This document shows, piece after piece, positions 37,670-48,368 of a stretch of DNA of 64,000 bases. The stretch is taken from positions 96,001-160,000 of the forward strand of contig CAWGYD010000001.1 in NCBI GenBank assembly GCA_963826785.1, given 5' to 3'. The notes below the pieces were generated by a model. The model saw nothing but the letters and a program-made list of their open reading frames with translations. It ran no database searches and was not told the DNA's origin. Source of the stretch: an uncultured delta proteobacterium. Lineage in GTDB: Bacteria; Desulfobacterota; Desulfobacteria; Desulfobacterales; Desulfosalsimonadaceae. The stretch's first letter is position 1. Each line of letters opens with the position of its first letter. A program made the position numbers and the translations under genes.

Positions 37670-40303
37670 CTATATTTCAGCGGGCACAGTGACCCGTTTT
37701 CGCCGGGCGGGGGTGTCCAGCCTGAAATTGGTCAGGCGGATGGCCGAGGGGACGAGCAGGATCGAGCCGATGGTGGTGTTGAGCATGGTAAAGGCAATCA
37801 GGAAGCTGAACAGCACCACCGGCATGAACTTGGAGGTGGCCTGCGCGATGAACCCGAAGATCAGCGCCATGGAGGTGAACACGATGGCCTTTCCGGCGAC
37901 CAGGATGGTCTTTTCGATGCTTTCTGAAATCCCTTCGCCCCGGGACTGGTGAAGCCGATAGGTATTGAGAAAATGGATGGTATCGTCGATGCCGATCCCC
38001 ACGGTGATGGAGGCGATGATGGAGGTGACCATGTCCAGGTCGATGCCGAACCATCCCATGATGCCGAAATTGATCAGGATGGTCACGGTCATATCGATGA
38101 GGGCCAGCGGACCGGCGGAAAATTTGCGGAACAGGAAAATGATCACGGCCGCCACCATCAGCAGGGAAAGGGCCAGATTTTCCATCTGTCCCATCACCAC
38201 GTAGTGGGACAGCTGAACATTGATCAGCGGATAACCGGTCACGGCAAATGAATACGGGCCCGGCAGCGTCTGTTCGAGGTGCTTTTCGATCTTGTCGATG
38301 AGATGCTTGATTTCCGTAGTGCCCACCCGCAGGGCGGATTTCCGGGACAGCCGGACCAGGATGTTGTTTTTTTGAAAGTCATGATCCACATAGGGTTCAA
38401 AATCGTCCACCCGGCCATCTGAATTTTCATCTTCTCCTGAAAAGATTTCAAGGTAGTCGATGATATCCATCCGGTTTTCCGGCACCCGGAAATAGGCGGG
38501 ATCGTCATTGTTCATGGCCATGTGCATCCGCTTGATGAAATCGGGGAATGCATCGGTCCGGCCGACATTGAGATCCTCGTTTCCTTCCGCCGTCAGCCAT
38601 TTGCGGACCTCTTCGACGGTGTTGAGGAATTCGGGGGTTTTGGCGCCGCCGGGCGCCCCGGAGTCGAGGATTACGGAAAATCCCCATCCGCCGCCGAATT
38701 TTTCACCGGTCTCGATCACGTTGAGCCGGGCGGGGTCATCCGCCTTGAAGTAATGCAGAAATTCGGTGTCCACCTTAAGCCGCAGCGTTCCCGCAATGGA
38801 GAAGACCACTACCACAGCGGCCACCGCATAGACCTTTTTGGGATGGCGGGTCACTGCTGAAACGATATACGGCAGGAGCCATTCCACAAAGGTGGCCTTT
38901 GATTTTTGCTGCTTTCGGGTCAGGGCTGCGGGATAGGTGTGGGGGAGCAGGGCCAGGGCCGCCGGAATCAGGGTGATGGCGATGAGAACGGCAAAGGAGA
39001 TGCCGATGGCGGAAAATACGGCCCATTGCTGGATCGCCGATACCCGGTTGGTCACCAGGGTCATAAAGGAGCAGACCGTGGTGAATCCGGCCAAAAACAC
39101 GGTGATGGAGATGTGGGACATGGCCGCGGCAATGCCCTTCTTCTTGGTGGTCGCAGATATCCGGTCAAACTCGGTGTAGTACTGGTTTAGAATGTGGATG
39201 GCATATGAACTGCCCACCGCGATCAGCAGAGGCGGCATGGTGCCGCCCACGGAGGTGATCTTGTACCCCAGGTGGCCCATGAGCCCGATGGTCCAGATTT
39301 CAGCCATTCCCAGGGTGCACAGCGGCAGCAGCACCCCCCTGACGGATCTGAAGTTCAAGTAGAATACGATGGTCATCACCAGCAGGACCAGCGGGATGCT
39401 CCTGCTGATATCCATTTTGATGTAGTCGTTAAACTGTTTGTTGACATAGGGGACGCCGGAAATCCGGATATTCAGGTGTTTGTGCGCCGCGACGATATCC
39501 ATGAGTTCGCTGACAATGGCTTCCTGGTCCTGGGTGCCGACAAATTTGACGATCACCGCAAAATCGGTAATCTGGCCGGTGTCGGGGTCTACGGAGTAGA
39601 TGCCCTGTTTGAATGCAGGGTTTTTGGTCAGGCGCTGCTTGAAGGCGCGGATTTCATCTTCGGTCTGCGGAAGGATGCGCCGGCCGTTTCCATCCGTTTC
39701 CATCAGGTCACGGATTTCCAGTGTGTCCTCGGTGCCGGTGATGTCCCCGATGGTAAACGGGGAGATGATCCGGTCGATGATGCCGCACTTTTTCAGCTCC
39801 GTATCCGCTGCAATGGCCTGATCGAGGCGCCGGATGTCATGGTCCGAAAGCAGCGGCTTATTTTGGATGTTATCCGGCGTCTTTCGCTTCAGAAACCGGG
39901 TAAATTCCGGATCATTTGAAAATTCTTGTGCGATGGCCGCAAACGAGGTCGGGTTTTGGGTGACCTGATGAAACCGGGCCACGCGCTGTTCCTGATAATC
40001 CTTTCGAAAATCCTTGTACGCTTCGATATCCCGGATAAACGCATCGATGTCCGCAAAGGTCTTTGGACTCCACAGGGGATCACCGGTGACGCCCATGAGG
40101 ATGAACCGGTCATTGTCCCCGTAATAGGCTTTGGTGGCCGAATATTCGATGAACTCGGGATCCTGCCGGGGCATGAAGGATTCGATGGAACTGTCGAACT
40201 GAATGCGAAGGATTCCCAGTCCCAGCAAAACGGTGATCAGGGCCAGGGCGATGATGGGCAGAAGGGGCCGTTTCAGGACCAGTTTGAGGTAGCCGTCGAT
40301 CAT
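37670..40303 (-). CDS. RND/MMPL family transporter
   Basis: Two membrane bundles separated by large periplasmic loops; AVGSSYAIH and GIGIDDTIHF motifs. Confidence 0.88.
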   Translation of the reverse strand: MIDGYLKLVLKRPLLPIIALALITVLLGLGILRIQFDSSIESFMPRQDPEFIEYSATKAYYGDNDRFILMGVTGDPLWSPKTFADIDAFIRDIEAYKDFRKDYQEQRVARFHQVTQNPTSFAAIAQEFSNDPEFTRFLKRKTPDNIQNKPLLSDHDIRRLDQAIAADTELKKCGIIDRIISPFTIGDITGTEDTLEIRDLMETDGNGRRILPQTEDEIRAFKQRLTKNPAFKQGIYSVDPDTGQITDFAVIVKFVGTQDQEAIVSELMDIVAAHKHLNIRISGVPYVNKQFNDYIKMDISRSIPLVLLVMTIVFYLNFRSVRGVLLPLCTLGMAEIWTIGLMGHLGYKITSVGGTMPPLLIAVGSSYAIHILNQYYTEFDRISATTKKKGIAAAMSHISITVFLAGFTTVCSFMTLVTNRVSAIQQWAVFSAIGISFAVLIAITLIPAALALLPHTYPAALTRKQQKSKATFVEWLLPYIVSAVTRHPKKVYAVAAVVVVFSIAGTLRLKVDTEFLHYFKADDPARLNVIETGEKFGGGWGFSVILDSGAPGGAKTPEFLNTVEEVRKWLTAEGNEDLNVGRTDAFPDFIKRMHMAMNNDDPAYFRVPENRMDIIDYLEIFSGEDENSDGRVDDFEPYVDHDFQKNNILVRLSRKSALRVGTTEIKHLIDKIEKHLEQTLPGPYSFAVTGYPLINVQLSHYVVMGQMENLALSLLMVAAVIIFLFRKFSAGPLALIDMTVTILINFGIMGWFGIDLDMVTSIIASITVGIGIDDTIHFLNTYRLHQSRGEGISESIEKTILVAGKAIVFTSMALIFGFIAQATSKFMPVVLFSFLIAFTMLNTTIGSILLVPSAIRLTNFRLDTPARRKRVTVPAEI

Positions 40304-40414
40304 TTTTAAAATGCCATGGAAGAGAGTAGATTGCCGTGTGCGCAAAACTATAGGACGGAGAAGATGATTTTACAAGAAAACAATGAGGTGGGCCCATCTC
40401 CTCTGACCCCGGTT

Positions 40415-40443
40415 TTGACATCTCCACCCGCGGAGGCCATATT
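40415..40443 (+). promoter_or_regulatory. Possible sigma70 promoter for the mla operon
   Basis: TTGACA-17 nt-CATATT about 40 nt upstream of mlaE. Confidence 0.4.
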
Positions 40444-40484
40444 TTACATGTATTTTAACTCCTTGGTTAAAGAGGGCAAAACCG

Positions 40485-41291
40485 GTGGCGCAGATAAGCA
40501 GATCCAACCCGTTGAACATACTGCGGCTGATCGGAATGATTGCCGTCGATGGGCTCCGCCGCCTGGGGAGGTCTGCCCTTTTCTTCTGTCATGCATTCAT
40601 CTGCATGTTTCTTCCGAAACAGCCGTTCCGGATACTCGAGCAGGTCTATCACATCGGGGCCGCATCCACGGGAATCGTTGTGGTGGTGGGCCTGTTCACC
40701 GGCATGGTGTTCGGGCTCCAGCTCCATTACACCCTGATCAAATTCGGCGCGGAAAGCGGGATCGGGGCAGCCATCTCGCTTTCCATCATCCGGGAGCTGG
40801 GGCCTGTTTTGACCGCGATCATGATCACCGCCCGGGCGGGTTCCGCCATGGCGGCCGAAATCGGCATCCAGCGCATCTCGGAACAGATCGACGCCCTGTT
40901 CACCATGGAGATCGACCCGGTGAGATACCTGGTCAGCCCGCGGATGGCGGCATCCCTGATCAGCTTTCCCATCCTGACCACCTTTTTCGACCTGGTGGGC
41001 ATCATGGGGGGGTGGATCACGTCTGTGCTTCTCCTGGGGGGCAACCAGGGGGCCTATTTTTATCGCGCCCGTTCAGTGGTGGAACTCATCGATATAAAGG
41101 GCGGATTCATCAAGGCAATCGTTTTTGCCCTCATCGTATCGAGCATCTGCTGCTACCAGGGATATTTTACGCACCTGCACAGGGAAAGTCATGGTTCCAG
41201 AAGCGTGAGCGTCTCGACCACCTGGGCGGTGGTGCTGTCATGCGTCATGATCCTCGTGTCGGATTACGTGGTCACATCGTTTCTCATGTAG
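40485..41291 (+). CDS. mlaE: MlaE family lipid ABC transporter permease
   Basis: IRELGPVLTA..ARAGSAMAAEIG..SEQIDAL..YLVSPR signature. Confidence 0.92.
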   Translation: MAQISRSNPLNILRLIGMIAVDGLRRLGRSALFFCHAFICMFLPKQPFRILEQVYHIGAASTGIVVVVGLFTGMVFGLQLHYTLIKFGAESGIGAAISLSIIRELGPVLTAIMITARAGSAMAAEIGIQRISEQIDALFTMEIDPVRYLVSPRMAASLISFPILTTFFDLVGIMGGWITSVLLLGGNQGAYFYRARSVVELIDIKGGFIKAIVFALIVSSICCYQGYFTHLHRESHGSRSVSVSTTWAVVLSCVMILVSDYVVTSFLM

Positions 41292-41305
41292 GAGGCAAGG
41301 CCGGC

Positions 41306-42550
41306 GTGGAAACCCCGCTCATCGAATTCCGCAACGTCACGAAACGCTTCGACGGGGTCGTCGTCCTCGATGGCGTGGATGCATCGATGTATGAGAACCA
41401 GATCACCACGATCATCGGTAAAAGCGGAACCGGAAAAAGCGTGCTGCTCAAGCACTGTGTCGGACTGATGCACCCGGATGAGGGGGACATCCTGATGGAA
41501 GGGATACCGGTGAGGGTGATGAAAAAGACCGGCAAATGGCATCAGTATAAACGATGCATCAGCTATATGTTCCAGGACAACGCCCTTTTCGATTCCATGA
41601 CCATATTCGAAAACGTGGCCCTGCCATTGCGGCAGACCACGCGGCTCAAATCAAGCCGGATCAGGGAAAAGGTCATGGCGCGCATCGAGCAGACCGAACT
41701 CGGCCCCGCGGTCAACAAGTATCCCGCCGAGCTTTCAGCCGGAATGCAAAAAAGGGTGGCCCTGGCGCGGGCGCTGGTGACGGATCCGAAAGTGGTGCTG
41801 TTCGACGAACCCACCACCGGACAGGACCTGGTGCGCCGGAACAGCATCCTGAGCATGATCGCCGATTCCAAAAAACGGTTCGGGTTCACCGCCATCCTGA
41901 TCAGCCATGACATCCCGGACATTTTTTTCATCTCAGACCGGATCCTGATGCTCTGGGAGAAAAAGATCATTTTCCAGGGGACTTATGAGGAGGCCATCCG
42001 GCTTGAACATCCGATGATCATCGAACTGCTGCAAAGTCTTTCGGAATTGGAGAACGAAGTGACCCGGAGCCGCTACAGGCAGATGTTCAAATCCCGATAT
42101 GCCACGATATTCGGCCCCCGGCCGGCGGACCCAACCGGCGTGGCGGTCGCATACGGCATCGATTATGATGTTCCGGGCGGTTTTCGACAGGCGGCGACAA
42201 TGGCAGGAATAAAGTCGATCGAGGCGTTTATGGGCAACTACATGAAAGAAGTCGGCGGTATGACGGTGAGGCAGGATACGGGGCGGATGGTCACCTTGAT
42301 TCCCCATATCGATATTGAGGAAGCACGGAAAATCGTCGCGGAATTCGGAAATGTTCTGGAAGCGCAAACCCTGCCCGGGGCGGCGCACCATTTCAAGGCG
42401 GAAACGGGTGCTGCGGTGCCCGACATCATGATTTCCGCCGGCATTTCGGACATAACGCCTGGCGCTGAACTGGAGCAGATTTTGAAAAAAGCCGGGGCGG
42501 TCCGGCAGCCGATCGCCCATTATGACGCCGGCGGGGGAGATATATCATGA
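41306..42550 (+). CDS. mlaF: MlaF-like ABC ATPase with ~170-aa C-terminal extension (degenerate GGDEF-like)
   Basis: Walker A GKSGTGKS, LSAGMQKR, FDEPTTG and SHD; GTG start after AGGAGG. Confidence 0.88.
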   Translation: METPLIEFRNVTKRFDGVVVLDGVDASMYENQITTIIGKSGTGKSVLLKHCVGLMHPDEGDILMEGIPVRVMKKTGKWHQYKRCISYMFQDNALFDSMTIFENVALPLRQTTRLKSSRIREKVMARIEQTELGPAVNKYPAELSAGMQKRVALARALVTDPKVVLFDEPTTGQDLVRRNSILSMIADSKKRFGFTAILISHDIPDIFFISDRILMLWEKKIIFQGTYEEAIRLEHPMIIELLQSLSELENEVTRSRYRQMFKSRYATIFGPRPADPTGVAVAYGIDYDVPGGFRQAATMAGIKSIEAFMGNYMKEVGGMTVRQDTGRMVTLIPHIDIEEARKIVAEFGNVLEAQTLPGAAHHFKAETGAAVPDIMISAGISDITPGAELEQILKKAGAVRQPIAHYDAGGGDIS

Positions 42551-43026
42551 AAAGAAGCACACTGGACATATGGGTGGGAATTTTCGTCGTGATCGGAATC
42601 GCCTGCATCGGCTACCTGACCACCGTTTTCGGAAAAGTGCAGTATTTCGGGTCGCCCAGCTATCCGCTCTATGCGCGTTTTACTTCGGCTTCCGGACTCA
42701 GAGCGGGCAGCCCCATTGATATTTACGGCATCGAGGTGGGAACTGTGGGCAGCCTTTCCATCGACCAGGAACGGGCGATGGCCGTGGTCGAACTAAATGT
42801 CCGAAAGGGATTGAAAGTCTATGATGATGCAAATGCCGCCATCAAAACCGCGGGTCTGATCGGGGACCGGTACGTGAGCATCGACCCCGGTGGGGCCGGA
42901 GAATTGCTCCGGCCCGGCGGATGGATTCCCCAGACATCTGCTCCCATCGATATCGAGGACCTGATCGGCAAATTTGCATTCGGCAACATATCCGGTCCGT
43001 CCGGTTCAAACGAAGGCATAAAGTGA
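42547..43026 (+). CDS. mlaD: MlaD (MCE domain) protein
   Basis: N-terminal TM; FTSASGLRAGSPI..GIEVG and IKTAGLIGDRYVSIDPG. Confidence 0.92.
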   Translation: MKRSTLDIWVGIFVVIGIACIGYLTTVFGKVQYFGSPSYPLYARFTSASGLRAGSPIDIYGIEVGTVGSLSIDQERAMAVVELNVRKGLKVYDDANAAIKTAGLIGDRYVSIDPGGAGELLRPGGWIPQTSAPIDIEDLIGKFAFGNISGPSGSNEGIK

Positions 43027-43046
43027 CATGCATACAAGGAGGCAAA

Positions 43047-43625
43047 ATGAAACGGATGATGATACTGTGCATTCTTCTGCTCTGGCCAGCCGCTTTTGCA
43101 GTCGCGGCCGAGGGGCCGCGGGCGATGGTGAAAACTCATGTGGACGAAGTGGTCCGAGTCTTGAACGATCCGGCGCTTGAGGGGAAACCCCAGGCCAAGC
43201 TTGAAAAAATCAAAGACATTTCCAAAACCTTTTTTGACTACGAAGAGCTTTCGAAGCGGTCTTTAGGCGCTAATTGGCGCCGTTTTACCCCCGAGCAGCA
43301 GAAAACCTTCGTGTCCCTGTATCAGAAGCTTTTGGAGAAGGCCTATGGGGACCGGATCCTTGAATACAGCAACGAGAAAATCGATATCGGAAAAGAAAGA
43401 CCGCTTTCCCCCACAACGGTGGTGGTGCCGACCACGGTGGTGAGACAGGGCGGCAATATCTCCATCGACTACCGGCTGACACAAGAGAACGGGAAATGGC
43501 TGGTGTACGACGTCGTCATCGAGGGGGTCAGCCTGGTGAGCAACTACCGGGCGCAGTTCCGTGATATTCTGGCGAACAGCTCACCGGATGAGCTGATTGA
43601 AAAGCTCAGGAAAAAGGTGAGTTGA
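43047..43625 (+). CDS. mlaC: MlaC/Ttg2D periplasmic lipid-binding protein
   Basis: Signal peptide; FDYEELSKRSLG..W and WLVYDVVIEGVSLVSNYRAQF; RBS AAGGAGG. Confidence 0.92.
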   Translation: MKRMMILCILLLWPAAFAVAAEGPRAMVKTHVDEVVRVLNDPALEGKPQAKLEKIKDISKTFFDYEELSKRSLGANWRRFTPEQQKTFVSLYQKLLEKAYGDRILEYSNEKIDIGKERPLSPTTVVVPTTVVRQGGNISIDYRLTQENGKWLVYDVVIEGVSLVSNYRAQFRDILANSSPDELIEKLRKKVS

Positions 43626-43636
43626 TTCGGGTAGGC

Positions 43637-46600
43637 ATGGCCAGGAAAATATTAAAGATTTTAGGCATAGGGGCAGGCGTTCTTCTTCTGCTGATCGCCT
43701 TTGTGATCATCGGGGTCGACCTCTACCTGAGAACGCCCCAGGCCGGGAACCTGATCCGGGAGAAGCTCAACGGAGCCATTCCCGGAAGGGTCGCCTGGGA
43801 TGCGGCGGACATCTCCCTTTTCCAGGGGCGGATTCATCTGAAGGATGCCGTGATCTACGGTCCGGACGGACAAAAGATCATCACCGCCGATGCCATGACG
43901 GTCAATATCGGACTTGCCGGACTGCTGCACGGAACGATAGTGCTCGAAAACGCCCAGTTTTTAAAGCCCCGGCTCTACCTGGCAACCGACAAAAATGGAA
44001 CCCTCAATCTCTCCAAAGCCTTTTCAGCGCCGCTCCCCCCGGGGCAGCCGCCGCCTCCGAAGACCCCTTTTCCTTTCGGCATCCGGATCGATCATCTCCA
44101 GGTCATCGACGGGATGCTGCAATACGAGAGGGCGCCTTCATCGCCCAAGTCGCCTCCCGGGTCGGTCATGCTCAGAAACATCGCCATTACCCTGGATGAG
44201 GCGGACCTGGCCGGCAGGTCGGGACGCCTGGATCTTTCGGCGGGCAGTGGAAAAATCGACATGGGCGGGATCAACACGGCCGTTGAAGAGATATTTGTGC
44301 ATGGCGCCCTTGAAAACGGGGATCTAAACCCGCTCAAGGCACGCATCATCACCACCGGGCCGCATATCGCCCTGACCGGATCAATCGCCGACCTCTTTGA
44401 CCGGCCGGATGTGGATCTAAACCTAAGCCTTGAAGGCAACCTGTCGTTTGTCCGAAAAATGTTTGCGCTTACCATGCCCATGTCCGGACCCATTGAAATC
44501 AAAGCCGGTGTTTCCGGCCGGATGGACAACCCCGCCATCACCCTCGATGCCGCCTACGGGGGCGGCGCCCTTCCCGGGATCAGCGTCAATGCCATCGATC
44601 TGGCCGCACAATTGAAGGATCAGCGGCTGCGGATACAAAAACTGGCCATCGATGCGGCGCCGGGAAGCCTGACCGGTGAAGGGGTCATCCACCTGGCGGA
44701 TGCCTTCGGGAAGGGGGGGCTGTTCGGGGGAAATTTTGATGTAAACGCGCTTTCCTATGATTTGAGCGTTCAGACCGCGGACCTGGCCCTTTCCAAACTT
44801 CCCTGGACCAGCGGCCTGCTGGCCGGACACGTCAACGGAACCATTGGGCTTTCCGGAACCGGGGTGAGGCCCAAAACCCTGAAGGCCGATGCGAAGCTCG
44901 ATCTTTCCAGCCGGAGGTTTTCCGTTTCAAATGCCATCCCCCCGGTGCCCGTGGCCCTTTCCGGAGAGGCGCATATGGATGGCGGAAACATCAATGTCCA
45001 TCCGCTGTCATTGAAAACCGGGGGGGCACAACTCGATGTGACCGGCGATTACCATATCTACGGCAACACCATGGACATATCCGCCGATCTTGACACCCCG
45101 ACCCTGGCTCCCCTGGCCGGCCCTCTCGATCTGCCGGTGCAGTCCGGGCCGGCCCGCCTGAGCGCAAAGATTGCCGGCCCGGTGATGCAGCCGGTGGTCA
45201 ATGCAGTGCTCAAAATGCAGGATGGCAGATACCGGTCAATCGCCATCGGTGACCTTTCAATGGAAGCCATGCTGGAAAAATCCGGCAGGCTGGTCGTCAA
45301 AGAACTCAAAATCGACAACAAGGGATCAAAGATCCGGGCCGAAGGGCGTATCGACCTGTTTGACGGCGGGTTTTCCCATTTCAATTCAAATCTTCCCGCA
45401 AATCTGACCACCACCTTCAAGGATGTACAACCCGGCCGCTTCATTTCCGGTCTTCCCGCATCCGGAACCATAAACGGCCGCATCCACCTGGCCGACAGCA
45501 TCATGTCTCCCATGGCGGAGCTGTCGCTTTCCGGTTCCGGGCTTGCCTATCAGGATATGCGCATCGGTACCCTGGAGTCCAAGATGTCGCTGGACAAGGG
45601 GATTCTGGCATTCCGGCAGGTTTCGCTGCAAAACCAAAAATCCCGCGTAAACATCACCGGGACCATTGATATCCTGAAACCCGGGAGCCTGTCCATGGCT
45701 GAAAATCCCGGAATCAACCTGAAGTTTGGCAATACGGTGATCTATGCCGGAGATTTTTCGGACCTTATGTCCGGCAGGCTGGCGGTCTCCGGAAGCGTTG
45801 AGGGCCGTCTGCGCGATATCTCCGCAAACCTTGCCATCGACGGGCAAAATCTGGCCGCAAAAAACCAGTCCATCGGAAACCTCACGGCCGATGCCACCCT
45901 GTCCGGCGGCAGGGTCCGGGTACAAACCCTGACCATTCAAAACGGGAAATCGAAACTGACCCTGACCGGTACAGCCGACCTGTTTGCGCAAAACACCCTG
46001 ACCCTGCTGGATTCCCCCCCCGTCGATCTGAAACTGACCGGACAGCCCATCCGGTTGTCTGATTTTGACCCATCGCTTTCCGGAGAGATATCCATCGAGG
46101 CGGCCATCGACGGCACTTTAAAATCCCCCCGGGGTGAAATTTCCCTGAAAGGCAGCGGCCTCGATCTGGGGGTTCAGAAGATCGAGGGCATCGAAATGGA
46201 TTCGCGCCTGGAAGACGGGCGGATTTATCTTAAACCGGCCGTCATCACGATCGCTGCCGGATCACAGGTCCGGGCAAGCGGCTGGGTGTCGATGCAAAAA
46301 GCCTATAACCTTCAAATCGCCTCCGACGGCATCGCCCTGTCCAGCATCGGCGCGCTTCAGAAAACCGGATTGACCGGCGGAGAAATCAAGCTTGATCTTT
46401 CCGGCGACGGCAGCCTGGCCAAACCGGAGTTGACGGGCTCGGTCCGGGTGTCCGGCCTGAGCGCAAACGGCAAAACGCTCCCTGCGCTCGATGTGAAGAT
46501 GGCCGTGCAAGAACAGAGAGCCCAAATCAACGGAAACCTGGGGTTTCCGCTCAATGCGCAATACAACCTGAACACCCGCGATTTTTCCATGAATGCGAAG

Positions 46601-48358
46601 TTTTCCGAAACCGATCTGGATCTGTACTTTGAGCTTGCCGGCATGCAGGGGCTTTCCGGTCAGATCACCGGCAGCATGTCGGCCTCGGGAAATGCATCCG
46701 ATTATAAAAGTGCCCGGGCGCACCTGGAAATCGCCGGTCTGACCATTGAGCAGAATCAACATCAACTGGTTCATGCCGCAGACGTGAAGGCCGATTTTGA
46801 AAACGGGCAATATTTCATCGCAGAAAACCGCATCACCCTTCTTCGGGACGGATACATCGATGTGGGCGGCAGCGGAAGCATATCAGGAAACATCGATATC
46901 CGCCTGGACGGGAACATCCCCATGAAGGTGGTGACGGCTTTTGCGCCGGGCATTCAAAACACGGCCGGCAATATTGCCATGCGAGCCGGTGTTGCCGGAA
47001 CGGTAAACGATCCGAGCATCGATGGGGAAATCAATTTTGAAACGGTGGGAATGACGATGCCCATGCTCAACCAGAAACTCCACGACCTGACCGGCCGGAT
47101 ACGGATCACCCAAGACGCGGTGAACCTTCAAAACATCACCGGTGGGCTGGATACGGGAACGTTCAGCATGGACGGCGGGATCGATCTTAAAAATCTGCAG
47201 CCGGAGCGGGCCGACATTACACTGACCGCCCACACGCTCCCCATACAAATTCCGGACATGCTCAATCTGGAAATCGATGCCGACCTGACCCTGCAGGGAA
47301 CACCGGCCGATTCGACGATGTCGGGGACGGTCACCGTGCTGGACGGACTCTACTACAAGGATATCAATTTAAATGTCATCCAGAAAGTGGGTGAAATCGG
47401 CCAGCGCACACGGGAAGTCTCGCCCCCGTCTCAGATGCCGTCCATCAACGCCCCGTTTGCGAAAAATCTGCATTTCGATGTGGCCATCACCTATCGCAAT
47501 CCGCTGGTGGTGAACAACAACCTGGCCCTGCTCCAGGTCAAGCCCGAACTGCGCTTTAAAGGGACCCTCAGCCAGCCGGACCTGACCGGCCGTGCGGAAG
47601 TTTCCCAGGGGACCATCACCTATCGGAACACCCAGTTCGACGTCCAGAAGGGCGTGGTCGATTTCATCAATCCCTACCGGATCGAGCCGACCATCGATAT
47701 CGAAGCCCGATCACAGGTGCGCCAGTGGACCATCATCCTTTCCATAACGGGGACGCCCGAAAACCTGAAATTCGAACTCCGCTCAAACCCGCAGGAATCG
47801 GATGCCGATATCCTTTCCCTGCTCCTTCTGGGAAAAACCACCGCCGAACTCAACCAGGGCGGGGGGGCGGGTGCGGCCCAGGCCCCCGAGCAGATGCTGG
47901 CCCAGGTCCTGGCCGGGAAAGTCGCCAAAGACATCCAGTCGACCACCGGCCTGGATGTCCAGATCAAATACAACACCGAACAGGGTGGCGGGGCAACGGG
48001 AATCACACCGGAAAGCGGGGCGGAAACGGGCCCCGGCACCCAGACCGGCATGGTTCCCGGGGCGACTCCCGGGACCACCGCCCCGGGCCAGGAAACCGGA
48101 CCGGGAGCCCTTGCGGCCGGGCAGGCCGCCGGTGGTCCGGAAAGCGCGGCAGCCCCTTCCGGGACGGTCATGGTCACCGTGGGCAAGGAACTTTCCCGGC
48201 GGTTGTCCGTGCAGTACGGGGTGGGACGCAGGAGCGGCCAGATCGTCCAGCAGAATACCGCCATCTACAAGCTTTTGGAAGACCTGTCGGTGGACGCCTA
48301 CCAGGATACCAGCGGGACCTTCGGGGGCGAACTGCGCTACAAGGTCCAATTCAGGTAA
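43637..48358 (+). CDS. tamB: Translocation/assembly module TamB (AsmA-like) protein
   Basis: N-terminal TM anchor, long Gly-rich beta-taenia-type sequence, C-terminal DUF490-like region (SNPQESDADILSLLLLG..VGKELS..), adjacent to an Omp85 gene. Confidence 0.85.
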   Translation: MARKILKILGIGAGVLLLLIAFVIIGVDLYLRTPQAGNLIREKLNGAIPGRVAWDAADISLFQGRIHLKDAVIYGPDGQKIITADAMTVNIGLAGLLHGTIVLENAQFLKPRLYLATDKNGTLNLSKAFSAPLPPGQPPPPKTPFPFGIRIDHLQVIDGMLQYERAPSSPKSPPGSVMLRNIAITLDEADLAGRSGRLDLSAGSGKIDMGGINTAVEEIFVHGALENGDLNPLKARIITTGPHIALTGSIADLFDRPDVDLNLSLEGNLSFVRKMFALTMPMSGPIEIKAGVSGRMDNPAITLDAAYGGGALPGISVNAIDLAAQLKDQRLRIQKLAIDAAPGSLTGEGVIHLADAFGKGGLFGGNFDVNALSYDLSVQTADLALSKLPWTSGLLAGHVNGTIGLSGTGVRPKTLKADAKLDLSSRRFSVSNAIPPVPVALSGEAHMDGGNINVHPLSLKTGGAQLDVTGDYHIYGNTMDISADLDTPTLAPLAGPLDLPVQSGPARLSAKIAGPVMQPVVNAVLKMQDGRYRSIAIGDLSMEAMLEKSGRLVVKELKIDNKGSKIRAEGRIDLFDGGFSHFNSNLPANLTTTFKDVQPGRFISGLPASGTINGRIHLADSIMSPMAELSLSGSGLAYQDMRIGTLESKMSLDKGILAFRQVSLQNQKSRVNITGTIDILKPGSLSMAENPGINLKFGNTVIYAGDFSDLMSGRLAVSGSVEGRLRDISANLAIDGQNLAAKNQSIGNLTADATLSGGRVRVQTLTIQNGKSKLTLTGTADLFAQNTLTLLDSPPVDLKLTGQPIRLSDFDPSLSGEISIEAAIDGTLKSPRGEISLKGSGLDLGVQKIEGIEMDSRLEDGRIYLKPAVITIAAGSQVRASGWVSMQKAYNLQIASDGIALSSIGALQKTGLTGGEIKLDLSGDGSLAKPELTGSVRVSGLSANGKTLPALDVKMAVQEQRAQINGNLGFPLNAQYNLNTRDFSMNAKFSETDLDLYFELAGMQGLSGQITGSMSASGNASDYKSARAHLEIAGLTIEQNQHQLVHAADVKADFENGQYFIAENRITLLRDGYIDVGGSGSISGNIDIRLDGNIPMKVVTAFAPGIQNTAGNIAMRAGVAGTVNDPSIDGEINFETVGMTMPMLNQKLHDLTGRIRITQDAVNLQNITGGLDTGTFSMDGGIDLKNLQPERADITLTAHTLPIQIPDMLNLEIDADLTLQGTPADSTMSGTVTVLDGLYYKDINLNVIQKVGEIGQRTREVSPPSQMPSINAPFAKNLHFDVAITYRNPLVVNNNLALLQVKPELRFKGTLSQPDLTGRAEVSQGTITYRNTQFDVQKGVVDFINPYRIEPTIDIEARSQVRQWTIILSITGTPENLKFELRSNPQESDADILSLLLLGKTTAELNQGGGAGAAQAPEQMLAQVLAGKVAKDIQSTTGLDVQIKYNTEQGGGATGITPESGAETGPGTQTGMVPGATPGTTAPGQETGPGALAAGQAAGGPESAAAPSGTVMVTVGKELSRRLSVQYGVGRRSGQIVQQNTAIYKLLEDLSVDAYQDTSGTFGGELRYKVQFR

Positions 48359-48368
48359 AGGAGTGGAT

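Noticed and set aside
40316..41305. 744-aa ORF 40316-42550 as one protein
   Set aside because: The first ~330 aa are an alternative frame over mlaE. The real ATPase starts at GTG 41306 after AGGAGG.
47802..48368. N-terminal extension of the Omp85 ORF
   Set aside because: It overlaps tamB in another frame and is Pro/Arg-rich noise. The signal peptide starts at ATG 48369 after AAGGAG.
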